Positions 45,645 to 55,780 of a stretch of DNA of 64,000 bases are shown here, piece after piece (the stretch's first letter is position 1; every line of letters begins with the position of its first letter). This DNA is from Proteobacteria bacterium SG_bin7. Its GTDB lineage: Bacteria; Bdellovibrionota; Bdellovibrionia; Bdellovibrionales; SG-bin7. The position numbers were made by a program, and so were the translations under genes. A model generated the notes under the pieces. It saw only the letters and a list, made by a program, of their open reading frames with translations. It ran no database searches and was not told the DNA's origin. The stretch spans positions 240 to 64,239 of the forward strand of contig LWDK01000045.1 of NCBI GenBank assembly GCA_002083485.1. The letters are read 5' to 3'.

Positions 45645-46166
45645 GTGAAATTATTTCTCGTTTTCATTTCTTTTATAAGTACACTTATAAGTATCAGTGC
45701 CGAAGCCGTAATCATTAACCTTGATGCGGATGTGCGTGTTACGGCAGGGACGCGCGGATGCCGCATCGAAGACAAAATGATAAGAACAGAATTTAGCTAT
45801 CAAGAGGACCAAGAAAACGGTTTTGCCGACTGGATCGGAATCGTCCAAATTAAGCCGAAAATTCGCAATCCTTCACGTATTCCTTCAGGCGGTTTAGACC
45901 TGACAAAAGCCAAAGATGTCGTGTTTCCTGTTGAGGATCCTCCCAACTGTGAATTTAAAATGACTATTGGAACAATCTCAGGTACTGAACAAGACGAAAT
46001 TAATCTCATTTTCCGCGGTCGAGGATGCAAACCAGTAATCGATATTTTTGCTCAAGATAATTTCAAGGAACTTGGTTTAGAGTGGGCTGTCGTGCCTGTA
46101 GGTGGTGGGCAAGAAAAAATCGACGGCCTCACAATGACAATCTATAACTCTTGCAAGGATAACTAA
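45645..46166 (+). CDS. Secreted hypothetical protein
   Basis: AAGGAG Shine-Dalgarno with a GTG start. Signal peptide KLFLVFISFISTLISISAEA. Confidence 0.65.
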   Translation: MKLFLVFISFISTLISISAEAVIINLDADVRVTAGTRGCRIEDKMIRTEFSYQEDQENGFADWIGIVQIKPKIRNPSRIPSGGLDLTKAKDVVFPVEDPPNCEFKMTIGTISGTEQDEINLIFRGRGCKPVIDIFAQDNFKELGLEWAVVPVGGGQEKIDGLTMTIYNSCKDN

Positions 46167-48172
46167 ACCTTTTGCCGTAGCGCGCGACGCATGATCTTAT
46201 TAGATGCCGTGCGCGGCAGCGAATCCACTATTTTTACGTCTTGAATTTTAAACAGTGGATTTAACTTCTCACGAATTCTGTTTTGCATTTTTTCTTTGAG
46301 AAGATTTTGATTTTCTCTTTCATTTTTCAAAACAGCAAAAATCACCAATAAGCTTGGACCTCCACCCGGGGGGGTGACCGCAATGGCCGCAGTTTCACTT
46401 ACGCCATCGACATAGTTTAATGTCCTCTCGATTTCCGCAGAGCTGACTTTAATGCCCCCTAGATTCATTGTATCATCAGCTCTCCCGTGGGCTCGCCAAT
46501 ATCCACCCGGCAATTTCTCAACCTCATCACCATGGCGACGGAGTATTTTACCATCCTGTCTAGCTGGAGATCCGTGGAAATAAACTTCATCGTGATTTTT
46601 GTTCAGTAACTCCTGCGACAGCCCAATCGACGGCGGCACCAAATAAAGCTCCCCGAAATTGGTGTCGTGATTTTTTTCGTCCAGAATAACGAGCTCCAAA
46701 CCCAACGCTGGGGTTGTAAAAGTGGATGGGCTTGCCTTCTGAACCACTGTTCCAGTGACGTACCCACCACCAATTTCAGTTCCTCCACAATACTCGATAA
46801 CAGGTTTATAGTTAGCAAGCGACATCACAAAAAGATAGTCGTCGACGTTGCTACATTCTCCGGTGGAACTAAACAGTTTTAGTTTGTCCCATTTTAGATT
46901 CTTCATACAGTCGGTATTTCGCCAAGCTTTCACAATGCTCGGCACGAGCCCCAGAACATTTACTTTTGCTCTTTGAACGAACTCGCCAAACTCTCTACCT
47001 GTGGGGGCGCCATAATAGAGCGCAATAGTCCCTTTATTTATAAGGGTTGCATAAATTAACCACGGCCCCATCATCCACCCTAAATTTGTTGGCCAAGTCA
47101 AAATATCGCCCGCATGGACATCGTGATAAAAAAATCCATCCGCAGCGCACTTTATAGGAGTAACGTGAGTCCAAGGAATCGCTTTGGGATCACCTGTTGT
47201 TCCTGACGAAAAAAGTACATTCGTTATTTCATTGGGATCACTGGGAAGTGACTTAAATGTTTTTTTCTTAGAAAGAAATTTATCCCAATAAATTGTGTTA
47301 GCGCGACCCGTGAGAACTAAAGCTCTCTCAGATGGTAATACAATTATTTTCTCTGGATTGGCGGCAACAACTTTTTCATACATTGGAAGCTTTTTTCCAG
47401 AGCGAATAATATGGTCCTGAGTAAATACAGCTTTGGCATTGGAAATTCGCAATCTCGTGGCAATTTCATCTGGCGCAAAACTATCGGCGATCGACACGAC
47501 AGCACAACCGGCCATGACAATTCCAAGATAAATTGCCACGGACTCCGCAGTCATCGGCATGGCGATACCAACACGATCACCTTCTACAAAACCGTTCTCT
47601 CGTAAACCATTGGCGACTTGACAAGAAAGCTTTTTGAGCTCTCCGTAAGACATTTTATTTATTTTGTTTTTTCTGCCTTCAGACTGAAAAATAATCGCAG
47701 TTTTTTGGGCGGGTGCCATAAAACAACTGTCAGCGATATTTAATTTTGCGCCCACTAACCAGTTTGGGTGCTGAGGAGTTCCTGAAAAAACCCTTTTATA
47801 TTTCTTATGCAGTTTTATTTTTAATTTTTTTACCGTATAATTCCAAAATTTCTCTCTTTCATTTATCGACCAAGAGTAGAGATCGTCGTAGTTCTGAAGC
47901 TTGAGCTCATTTAAAACTTTTTGTATATTTGACTCTTTAATAGTCTCTTCTGAAGGTGTCCATGCCGGCGGGGGACCACTCTTTTCATGATTCCATTCGG
48001 CGTAAACTTTTTCATAAATAATTCTTTGAATCGCAAAAGGCTGGGTGTTTTTAAAAACTTTACTAACTAGAAACTCCCAAACCTGTTCTGCTTTTTTAAT
48101 TTTATCCAGTTGTCGAACGATCGCCTTAGCTTTGGCGGATTTCAACCCCAATTGTTCAAGTTCTATTTGCAT
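46163..48172 (-). CDS. AMP-forming acyl-CoA synthetase (acetyl/acetoacetyl-CoA-synthetase-like)
   Basis: LFSSGTTGDPKAI, YCGGTEIGG, GDEV...GYWRAHGRADD and PRTASNKIMRR. Confidence 0.9.
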   Translation of the reverse strand: MQIELEQLGLKSAKAKAIVRQLDKIKKAEQVWEFLVSKVFKNTQPFAIQRIIYEKVYAEWNHEKSGPPPAWTPSEETIKESNIQKVLNELKLQNYDDLYSWSINEREKFWNYTVKKLKIKLHKKYKRVFSGTPQHPNWLVGAKLNIADSCFMAPAQKTAIIFQSEGRKNKINKMSYGELKKLSCQVANGLRENGFVEGDRVGIAMPMTAESVAIYLGIVMAGCAVVSIADSFAPDEIATRLRISNAKAVFTQDHIIRSGKKLPMYEKVVAANPEKIIVLPSERALVLTGRANTIYWDKFLSKKKTFKSLPSDPNEITNVLFSSGTTGDPKAIPWTHVTPIKCAADGFFYHDVHAGDILTWPTNLGWMMGPWLIYATLINKGTIALYYGAPTGREFGEFVQRAKVNVLGLVPSIVKAWRNTDCMKNLKWDKLKLFSSTGECSNVDDYLFVMSLANYKPVIEYCGGTEIGGGYVTGTVVQKASPSTFTTPALGLELVILDEKNHDTNFGELYLVPPSIGLSQELLNKNHDEVYFHGSPARQDGKILRRHGDEVEKLPGGYWRAHGRADDTMNLGGIKVSSAEIERTLNYVDGVSETAAIAVTPPGGGPSLLVIFAVLKNERENQNLLKEKMQNRIREKLNPLFKIQDVKIVDSLPRTASNKIMRRALRQKV

Positions 48173-48219
48173 AGCGCTATCTTAAATGCCCATTTTTAGG
48201 AAAGCAATAGACTACCAAT

Positions 48220-48558
48220 TTACCTCGTAAAGTCGACACAATGAACTAAACCTTGAGCGCAAGCATTGAGCTTTGCCTCAGCAAAACCATTGCAGACTTT
48301 ATTTTTTTCATCCGGAACGGATTGCACCATTCCAACTTTACAGCTGTCCCCGGCCTTTGCATTTGCAGCGCAATTAACGCAAGCACTCCACAAGGCTGCT
48401 TTGCCGGCGGCTAAACAAGTAATACTCATTTCATTTTCATGGTCAGCGAGAAACTCGTAGTCCTTCGCAGAATAGGTAACCTCTTTGCACTCGCTCGCCC
48501 AACACAAATTGATCGCGTGGATAAAAAACAGTACCGAAAAAATTTTTATTAACTTCAT
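48220..48558 (-). CDS. Small secreted Cys-rich protein
   Basis: Signal peptide followed by 10 Cys in about 90 mature residues. Confidence 0.6.
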   Translation of the reverse strand: MKLIKIFSVLFFIHAINLCWASECKEVTYSAKDYEFLADHENEMSITCLAAGKAALWSACVNCAANAKAGDSCKVGMVQSVPDEKNKVCNGFAEAKLNACAQGLVHCVDFTR

Positions 48559-48667
48559 TAAATAATTCTAATCTCTATGGCCTAAACTATCAATTTTACC
48601 CGCACCAAGGACTAGTTGAAATTTTAAGAGGGCGACAAACCGTCCTCGCCTAAATAATCTTTAAGTA

Positions 48668-49585
48668 ATGAAAGAATTCAGAATTCACGGCAAAAATTTC
48701 TTTTGGCTCGACCTCGTGAATCCATCGAAAAAGGAGCTTGCCGTCGTTGCTAAAGAGAATTCACTCTCCTTAACTCTTGTCGCTGACTGTTTAGATCCAG
48801 AGCATTTGCCTAAATACGAAGAAAGCGACACTTACACGTTTATAATTTTGCGGGCGTTTGATCCCAACGCACCCAAAGATGGTGACACAGTTCAAGAATT
48901 AACTCGAAAGCTGGCTATCTTCGTCAGCGAAAATTTTTTGATAACAATCCACCGCAAAGAATTAAGTTATGTTACGAGCGTTCGTGAGCGCTGGGAAAAG
49001 ATAAATGGTGAGGCCATCGACGAAGACTCCATGCCACTGATGATTAACGAGATACTTTTATCTGTAATCGAGTCGTATCGCATTCCGATTTCGAATTCAC
49101 TTGATGACCTTGAAAAATTCGAAATGGCAACCTTCGGAGCCAGTGGCGCAAAGTCAGCGGTACTTCTGAGCGGTTACTACTTAAGAAGGAAAGCTTCCGT
49201 TTACAAACGCATGCTAAGAATGACAGGCGACATCGTTTATCGAGTTCAAAACGGGATACTTGCCGATCACCCTCACCATGGTCAAAATTTAAAAGAATCT
49301 ATCGACGGCCTTTACTTTTTTGCCGACGAACTGCTCGAAAGCTCAAACAATATCTTAAATCTTCACATCTCCTTGTCGGCCCAAAAAACAAATGAGGTTA
49401 TGAGAATCCTAACGCTTTTTTCTGTATTTTTCTTACCCCTTAACTTCATCGCTAGCATTTACGGAATGAACTTCGAATTTATGCCGGAAATAAAATCCCA
49501 CTACGGCTATCCAGTAACCCTAACAATTATGGGTGCTGTGGCTTTAGGAATTTATTTTTGGTTCCGCCGTAAAAAATGGATTTAG
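48668..49585 (+). CDS. corA: CorA-family Mg2+/Co2+ transporter
   Basis: YGMNFEFMPE signature followed by two C-terminal TM helices. Confidence 0.9.
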   Translation: MKEFRIHGKNFFWLDLVNPSKKELAVVAKENSLSLTLVADCLDPEHLPKYEESDTYTFIILRAFDPNAPKDGDTVQELTRKLAIFVSENFLITIHRKELSYVTSVRERWEKINGEAIDEDSMPLMINEILLSVIESYRIPISNSLDDLEKFEMATFGASGAKSAVLLSGYYLRRKASVYKRMLRMTGDIVYRVQNGILADHPHHGQNLKESIDGLYFFADELLESSNNILNLHISLSAQKTNEVMRILTLFSVFFLPLNFIASIYGMNFEFMPEIKSHYGYPVTLTIMGAVALGIYFWFRRKKWI

Positions 49586-49848
49586 TTATCATAAAAAGAG
49601 ACCATTGCTTAAAGTCCTTAGTGATCAAGAGAGCATACTTTTTGTTATTGGTGCTATAAGCGACACTATGGAGAAACCTGGTTGCGAAAAAGAACCTGGA
49701 ACCTTTTGAAAAATTTTCTTCTCCGCTCCCATTTTGGAGTTCGGGTGAAACTACTTGTTACACCATCAAACTTCTAGTCCATCCTATTGCTCCCCTCACG
49801 ACTAATTGTCGGCACGAATTTCGTACTTGGCACACTAGCCGAGGATAA

Positions 49849-52455
49849 ATGAAAAACCGTAGCTACTCAGTCATTCTATTTGTAGTCATATTCAGCCAAA
49901 TCCTAACCAGTTGTAGAGTTTTAGTTTCACAAAATCCTAGCGATAGTTTCGCTGACAAAAAATTGCCTTTACAACTTGAGCTTCTAGCTAACCAGAAACA
50001 GGAACTACCTTCGGACTTAAAAAAGCATATCATCGAACGGGTAAAAAACGATAGAAATAACCCGAATATCTTTGAGGTCGCGGTTATCGATAGTGGCTTG
50101 GATCTTTGGCACCGGGATTACGTTGATCAGCTGGCGTTTGAAGTCGAAGCCGGACAAATTGCTGGCGTGGGCGTTGATATCATGGGTAAAGACCGCTTCC
50201 CATCCTACGTCATGATTGAACCAACCTTGTTCGCTTTTGGCGCCGAGGCTATTCGCGACGGCCTCATCATTAAACCTTTAGAGTCCCCACTGCCATTTAT
50301 TAAGAGAATAAATGATCGGTTTACGCAAATCCTGCTTGAAGAAGTTGGAAAAAATCCAGAACTCAACAAATCGCTTTTTTCAAAGCTCCAACCAGGCACA
50401 CTGACTGTTTTTGGAATCGAAAAAGCACTTTATGATTGGCAAAAAAACGACGCCCTCGAGGCCTACCTAAAGAGAAAAGAAAAATATCCAGATCAAATCA
50501 TTACCGCAGACACAAAATATGTGGGTGACGGCCAAACCATCACAGATAGCTATGTTGACGAAGCCCAAAGGGGTTGGATACTTGATGTTTCTAAAAATTT
50601 ACCCTTTGCATTGAGTGCAGCGGCTTACATTTCTGGATTTGATCATTTTTTAAAAGCGGTAGAAAACTCTCTTGAAAAAATAGATAAAGAGATGGACTTT
50701 AACCGACACGTAAAACAGCTGAAAGATTTTCTTTCTGCTCATAATAAAAAAGAGGATGGAACACCTGATAAAAGTATTGTCGAGTCCACATACTGGGATA
50801 TTTCTCACCAAGCTGGCGCCTACATTCTTTTGAACTATAAAGCGCAAGATCCTTTGAGAAAACTGCGCGATATAGTCGCTAGAATTACTAGACATCCCGC
50901 GATCCCTACAAATGAAGCCCTTTCGACGCTCCCTAAAATCGTCGATGAAATATTTGGACGTTTAGAAAAGCTTGATTTTTCCAAAGAAGAGCGGGAGCAG
51001 CTAAGCGCTCGACGGCGCGCTTTCGATGCGTATCTCGAAGCCGCGCGGCAAATGACAGTCATGGTAGAAGATTCTGCTGAAGGAGACAAGGCGCGAGCAA
51101 ATTTTCGTCGTTTTTCTGTCCGAAATTATCATCCATTTATATCTATTGAAACTCTAAGCAATTTACATCATTCTCACGTCACCTCTACAGTGGCGCGCCA
51201 AAGTCCAAATATTCGTATTTATCCAGTTAAGGTTGTCGTACAGTCCGTGTCATCACCCAATGAAGAAAAAGAATTAAGTGCTGAAATGATAAGAAATTTG
51301 AAAGCGTGGCTCGATAATTCGATTGTCAATAAAATGATTGCGGAAATTGAAAAAGAATATTCATTAAAAAACCTAACCCGAGAAAAACTCCTCAAGCACC
51401 TTGAGAAGTTCTTAAAAAAGAATCAGGAGAGTGTTTTATTTATAAATCAGGTTTTTGAAGCCATCAAGGCAGTTGGTCAGCGAAAGATAAAAATTGCCAA
51501 CGTTTCTTTAGGCATTGCGTACGAAAAAAAGTATATAAAAGAACAAACTTTTGACTCAATCGCCGAAGACGTCTTCGCCGAATTCGTGCGTTATCAAATT
51601 GGCGATACTATAGAAAAATACGCGCCCAAAACCCTATTTTTCATCGCCGCCGGAAATGAAAAAGCTTGGGCCGATGGCATTTCGCGTACGGCATTTCCAG
51701 TGGGTATTACTTCTCATAGATTCAAAATGATTAGTGAACGGGAAAAACTACCACACGTTCCAAATAACCGGATTCACAACATTGTAGCGGTTGGTAGTAT
51801 CAACCCAAACCGCGGAACACTAACCCCATTCACAAATCTTTTGATTGACCCCAATATTCCCCAAATATTTTCCACCGGTGAAGAAGTCATGGGTAGCATT
51901 CCGAGTGGAACGAGTGACCAATTTCAACATTTTTCCGCCGAAGCCCTTAAAGAAGTTCATAGGACTATGAGTGGCTTTGATGGCACGTTAAATAAATTTA
52001 ATGGTAAAATATTTAAGAACAAAGATTTTATTGACCTAAAAGAAAAACTGGCTGCCCTGAGCCTGGTAGGACCCAACATTGGTACCGCTTACCCAGTATT
52101 TTTAAAGACGCAAATACCGATGGAGCGTGAAGAGCTATCAGGCACCAGTATGGCAACACCTACTGCCGCTGGAAAGACTGCGGACGAAGAAAATAAGCTG
52201 CAAATGAAGTTAGGAGTTCTTCCTAGTGATCTCTATGATCACCCGGAGTTTACACCTGAAAAAATGATCGAACGCATACTGACTCGCGCTGAGAAAAGTT
52301 CAATGTCTCAATCGTTTGATATACGTATGCTGATAAAACAAATCGAAACTTGGCCCGAGGCACCGGGTACAGCACAACTTAAGGCCGCGACAGCGAAGGT
52401 GAAGTCTTTATCTGATTCTCTGAAAAAGCCAGAGCCCGTTCTAGAACAACCTTAG
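49849..52455 (+). CDS. S8 (subtilisin-family) peptidase with very large inter-motif insertions; probable lipoprotein
   Basis: Asp81 in VAVIDSGLD, His443 in HHSHVTSTVA, AAGNE, Ser767 in LSGTSMATPTAAG. Signal peptide and lipobox-like ILTSC. Confidence 0.85.
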   Translation: MKNRSYSVILFVVIFSQILTSCRVLVSQNPSDSFADKKLPLQLELLANQKQELPSDLKKHIIERVKNDRNNPNIFEVAVIDSGLDLWHRDYVDQLAFEVEAGQIAGVGVDIMGKDRFPSYVMIEPTLFAFGAEAIRDGLIIKPLESPLPFIKRINDRFTQILLEEVGKNPELNKSLFSKLQPGTLTVFGIEKALYDWQKNDALEAYLKRKEKYPDQIITADTKYVGDGQTITDSYVDEAQRGWILDVSKNLPFALSAAAYISGFDHFLKAVENSLEKIDKEMDFNRHVKQLKDFLSAHNKKEDGTPDKSIVESTYWDISHQAGAYILLNYKAQDPLRKLRDIVARITRHPAIPTNEALSTLPKIVDEIFGRLEKLDFSKEEREQLSARRRAFDAYLEAARQMTVMVEDSAEGDKARANFRRFSVRNYHPFISIETLSNLHHSHVTSTVARQSPNIRIYPVKVVVQSVSSPNEEKELSAEMIRNLKAWLDNSIVNKMIAEIEKEYSLKNLTREKLLKHLEKFLKKNQESVLFINQVFEAIKAVGQRKIKIANVSLGIAYEKKYIKEQTFDSIAEDVFAEFVRYQIGDTIEKYAPKTLFFIAAGNEKAWADGISRTAFPVGITSHRFKMISEREKLPHVPNNRIHNIVAVGSINPNRGTLTPFTNLLIDPNIPQIFSTGEEVMGSIPSGTSDQFQHFSAEALKEVHRTMSGFDGTLNKFNGKIFKNKDFIDLKEKLAALSLVGPNIGTAYPVFLKTQIPMEREELSGTSMATPTAAGKTADEENKLQMKLGVLPSDLYDHPEFTPEKMIERILTRAEKSSMSQSFDIRMLIKQIETWPEAPGTAQLKAATAKVKSLSDSLKKPEPVLEQP

Positions 52456-52488
52456 TCTATTGGCTTTACATTTGCTAAAGCTCCTGGA

Positions 52489-53871
52489 GTGTGTAAGCAA
52501 ATATTTAAAATCACTGCAATGGCACTCCTTTTAACTCACCAAATATTGGCAAATGTATCGATATTTGTCTCCCTTAGCTTACTGTCACTAGTCATCGAGG
52601 CTCAGGATACACCAGAGAGCCTTCTCTTTGAGGTGAAAACCTTACGTACAATCTCAGATTTTAAAAATCTTAAAGAAAAAATAAAAAAGTTCGGTAGCCT
52701 TGAAAGTAAACTTACAGAGGCCATCGCCGAAAGGCTTTCTGAAGAGGCTGCCCGAGGTGACCTTGCAGGCGTTGATAACTCCAAGCTTTTTTATCTAGCC
52801 CGCGAGTGGACTCTACGCGAACTTTTTGATGAGGAACGTAAAGTCTTAACTGATGTAACCTGGATTCCTGACTACGGCAAAGTAACTCCCGTTATATTAA
52901 GTTCCTACCCTATTGATGACAATAGCATAGCTAACCCTCAAGGCATTTATTTTAAGAAACTATCTGATCTTTACCTCGACACAAAGAACACTATTTATGT
53001 CGATCAGACTTGGAATACCGGCGGACAGAAGTTAAGTGCAGAAATTAAGATCCAACATATCCCCGTTGGAGGAAAACTCGTTACCACCGAACCTTCTCCC
53101 AAATATGGCGATTACTGGAAAGATCGAAAAAAATTTGGGATTATTTTCGCAAGCCCCAATATGACTTGGTCAGCACAAAGTCATTATCTCGATCATTACA
53201 CAAGATTTTTTCAGGAAAGAGATTTTGTTTTAAGCCTATCACAAGAAAAAATAAATTTGCGCTCTCTTATTAAGGAAAAAATTATCTCCGGCGAACTTGA
53301 TTATCTTATCAAAAACAGCCATAGCATGGGAGATGATCGCAATATATTTGAGCTTGATAGTTACGTTCAAATCAAGCGTGGGTTAAAAGACTCAGAGAGT
53401 GGAATTGAGGAAGTATTCATCGCATATCCCCATAAAGATGCCAAAAGCGAGTTGGTCACCAATAACGAATTTGGCGCGTGGATTCGTGAACGACAAGAAA
53501 AGGGAGGCGGCGAATTATTCTATATCAATGGCAGCTGTACCTCTTACGGAAAAGCTATCAAAGAAATTCAGGCTACGCGATCTCCATTGTTTGTAAACAT
53601 ACCGACTCTAAACACGTATAATTTTTTTGTGAATAACGATGAATCCGGCTTAAAAATGATATTGGATGTATTTTTTCTGGAAAAAAGCTATGCGGAAATG
53701 GATAAAAGTATGCGTCAAAGCGACTGGTTTAAAGAAAACGATGACTACTTTATTTTTCCAGGCAGCGAAGAATACAAAAAAGAAATCGAGAAGAACATTA
53801 GAACCCCGGTGGAAATCGAAATTAAATTAATCGACGGCAACGGGGTTGAATACTATCCTAAATATCTCTAA
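52489..53871 (+). CDS. Hypothetical exported protein (alternative start at 52519)
   Basis: Hydrophobic N-terminus MALLLTHQILANVSIFVSLSLLSLVIEA. A long uninterrupted ORF. Confidence 0.65.
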   Translation: MCKQIFKITAMALLLTHQILANVSIFVSLSLLSLVIEAQDTPESLLFEVKTLRTISDFKNLKEKIKKFGSLESKLTEAIAERLSEEAARGDLAGVDNSKLFYLAREWTLRELFDEERKVLTDVTWIPDYGKVTPVILSSYPIDDNSIANPQGIYFKKLSDLYLDTKNTIYVDQTWNTGGQKLSAEIKIQHIPVGGKLVTTEPSPKYGDYWKDRKKFGIIFASPNMTWSAQSHYLDHYTRFFQERDFVLSLSQEKINLRSLIKEKIISGELDYLIKNSHSMGDDRNIFELDSYVQIKRGLKDSESGIEEVFIAYPHKDAKSELVTNNEFGAWIRERQEKGGGELFYINGSCTSYGKAIKEIQATRSPLFVNIPTLNTYNFFVNNDESGLKMILDVFFLEKSYAEMDKSMRQSDWFKENDDYFIFPGSEEYKKEIEKNIRTPVEIEIKLIDGNGVEYYPKYL

Positions 53872-54551
53872 TTCTTATCAAGCTCCCAAGCCATCAACGA
53901 ATGCCCCGCGATGTCATCGTCTAACACATATTCACCCGTAGCACTGTTACATTTCACGTGGCCAAAAATATAGTAGAGCGCACCATTCCGATAAGGTATG
54001 TATACAAAACCGTCTAATGCCAAATCGTCACCAACGTATACGCCGCTTCCATCGTAAGTTAAGGAATAGACATCAGACTTAGTGACTTTAGCGTAGGGAT
54101 CAAATCCGTTGAGATTTCTTGTCGCATCATCAATGAACGCCTCTATCGCCGAATTCTCTTTTCCAGCACAAGGAGTTGGGTTTGGCCCAAAATAAATTTC
54201 GTGTTTTTGGCCACGAATTGCATAGTAACCGTTCTCCAAACGAGAGGCACCTGTCAGGGGATCACAAGCTACATGACCGCTGAAAAGCTTGTTGTAGTCA
54301 CGCTTTTCATTTTTAATGTCTGTTCCAATAAATAGATAGTTACATTGCTTTGAATTACAAAGCGGTTCAGTTTGCACAAACTGAAAACTCTCATCACGAA
54401 TTTCAAATTTACTTTCTTGCCTACCGTTCATCGCCTTCATCACTATCTCTTTGACATCAGAGCCACCACACTTATTTTCACCAGCTAAACCCAATTGACC
54501 AGAAAATACTAAAGCGATAATCACAGAAATTTTTTTCATCCCATCCTCCAA
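53868..54551 (-). CDS. Secreted hypothetical protein
   Basis: Signal peptide KKISVIIALVFSGQLGLA and several Cys residues. Confidence 0.65.
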   Translation of the reverse strand: MEDGMKKISVIIALVFSGQLGLAGENKCGGSDVKEIVMKAMNGRQESKFEIRDESFQFVQTEPLCNSKQCNYLFIGTDIKNEKRDYNKLFSGHVACDPLTGASRLENGYYAIRGQKHEIYFGPNPTPCAGKENSAIEAFIDDATRNLNGFDPYAKVTKSDVYSLTYDGSGVYVGDDLALDGFVYIPYRNGALYYIFGHVKCNSATGEYVLDDDIAGHSLMAWELDKN

Positions 54552-54917
54552 ATTATAATTCCATGGTTTAAAAGCTTAGCTTTACTCTTCGAAATGTCAA
54601 ATAGTTATGGAGCACAGAAAAGCAGGAAATGATCCTCTCAATAAAACTTTCGAGGTAAGCGTCATCACTAACTCGCCCCTGATGTGCTCGCAAAAACTTG
54701 GTAAAGTCCAAAATTGCCTGTGACTGGTGGCGAGCAAAAATCAAAACTTTGCTGGGAATTAAAAACGCCAAAAAATGGTAAACAACTTGGCACACTTTTT
54801 CCACTGCTCTCAGCAAGATAGCGTAATGAAAACCAAGGGCAATTTGGCTGGTCCATAGGGCTCCTTTTTGGCACTATTTGGACGGAATCTGTTCGTGAAT
54901 TTTTTTGGAGAACAACT

Positions 54918-55469
54918 GTGAATAAATTTTTGTTTTTATTATTGTTTTCGTCTTGGAGTATTTCATTTGCCAGCTCATCCCCCACCATAATTACGCTTAA
55001 AAGCGATAATGACTCTATTACCTTTGCTAAGGAAGGATGGGAGGGTTCGGCGACTCCAGGAGTTTTATACGAAGCCTCGAATCGCCTCTGCGTCAGGACC
55101 GCGCCGGCTCATGGATATCCCGTACCAATACCGGAACGCAGATCAAAATTTGTTCTCTTTAATTTCTCAAAAAAATCTCTTGCGACACCAGAAAATGCGG
55201 GTGGTAGCTTTTGTCGTTACACCCCAAGGAACGCCGTCGCTTATTTAAGTGGAATGAGCTCGGATGGTTCACAACCCCTTATCGCTGAGCTTGAGATCTA
55301 CAACAATACGAACGAGCGTGTGGTCGAAATCTTTTGTAAAAGAAATATAGAGTACGGAAAAGAATATCTTCGCTGCCGCAACGTCAATGAAGCTTATCCG
55401 GAATCTGCTTCGCGAATATCCCTCAGCCTATCAGAGGGAGTTTCTACGATTATTGTTCATCGAGAGTGA
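54918..55469 (+). CDS. Secreted hypothetical protein
   Basis: GGAGAA Shine-Dalgarno with a GTG start. Signal peptide NKFLFLLLFSSWSISFA. Confidence 0.6.
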   Translation: MNKFLFLLLFSSWSISFASSSPTIITLKSDNDSITFAKEGWEGSATPGVLYEASNRLCVRTAPAHGYPVPIPERRSKFVLFNFSKKSLATPENAGGSFCRYTPRNAVAYLSGMSSDGSQPLIAELEIYNNTNERVVEIFCKRNIEYGKEYLRCRNVNEAYPESASRISLSLSEGVSTIIVHRE

Positions 55470-55780
55470 AACCAAAACTTGTTGTTAGTAAAGTGTGTTA
55501 CGATTCACTTCGTTTTTGAAAGAGAAGCTCTGAAGTTCTCCTTTATCCTTTTTAAATAAAGTAAATGTATATCCTAAACATCTCGGTGGAGATTTCGTAA
55601 CCATTTCGATTTCGATCCAGGATTTATTATTCCCATTTTTGGTCGCCTCTCTATTCATTCTGAAAAATTTACAAATTATTTAATGCGGTATGACACGCCG
55701 ATCTTTGAATGTTATATTTACAAAATATTTTTTACGCAATTACGCGTAATTTTTAGTTGACCGTATAAGGAGAAAAACTT

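Noticed and set aside
54901-54917. TTGGAGAACAA upstream of 54918, matching the start of the 31-bp TA-cassette repeat
   Set aside because: The match is only 11 nt and coincides with a GGAG Shine-Dalgarno. It is most likely chance.
54568-54988. Overlapping minus-strand ORFs of 82 and 106 aa between two secreted-protein genes
   Set aside because: They are mutually overlapping and motif-free, and one overlaps the start of 54918-55469. I cannot tell whether either is real.
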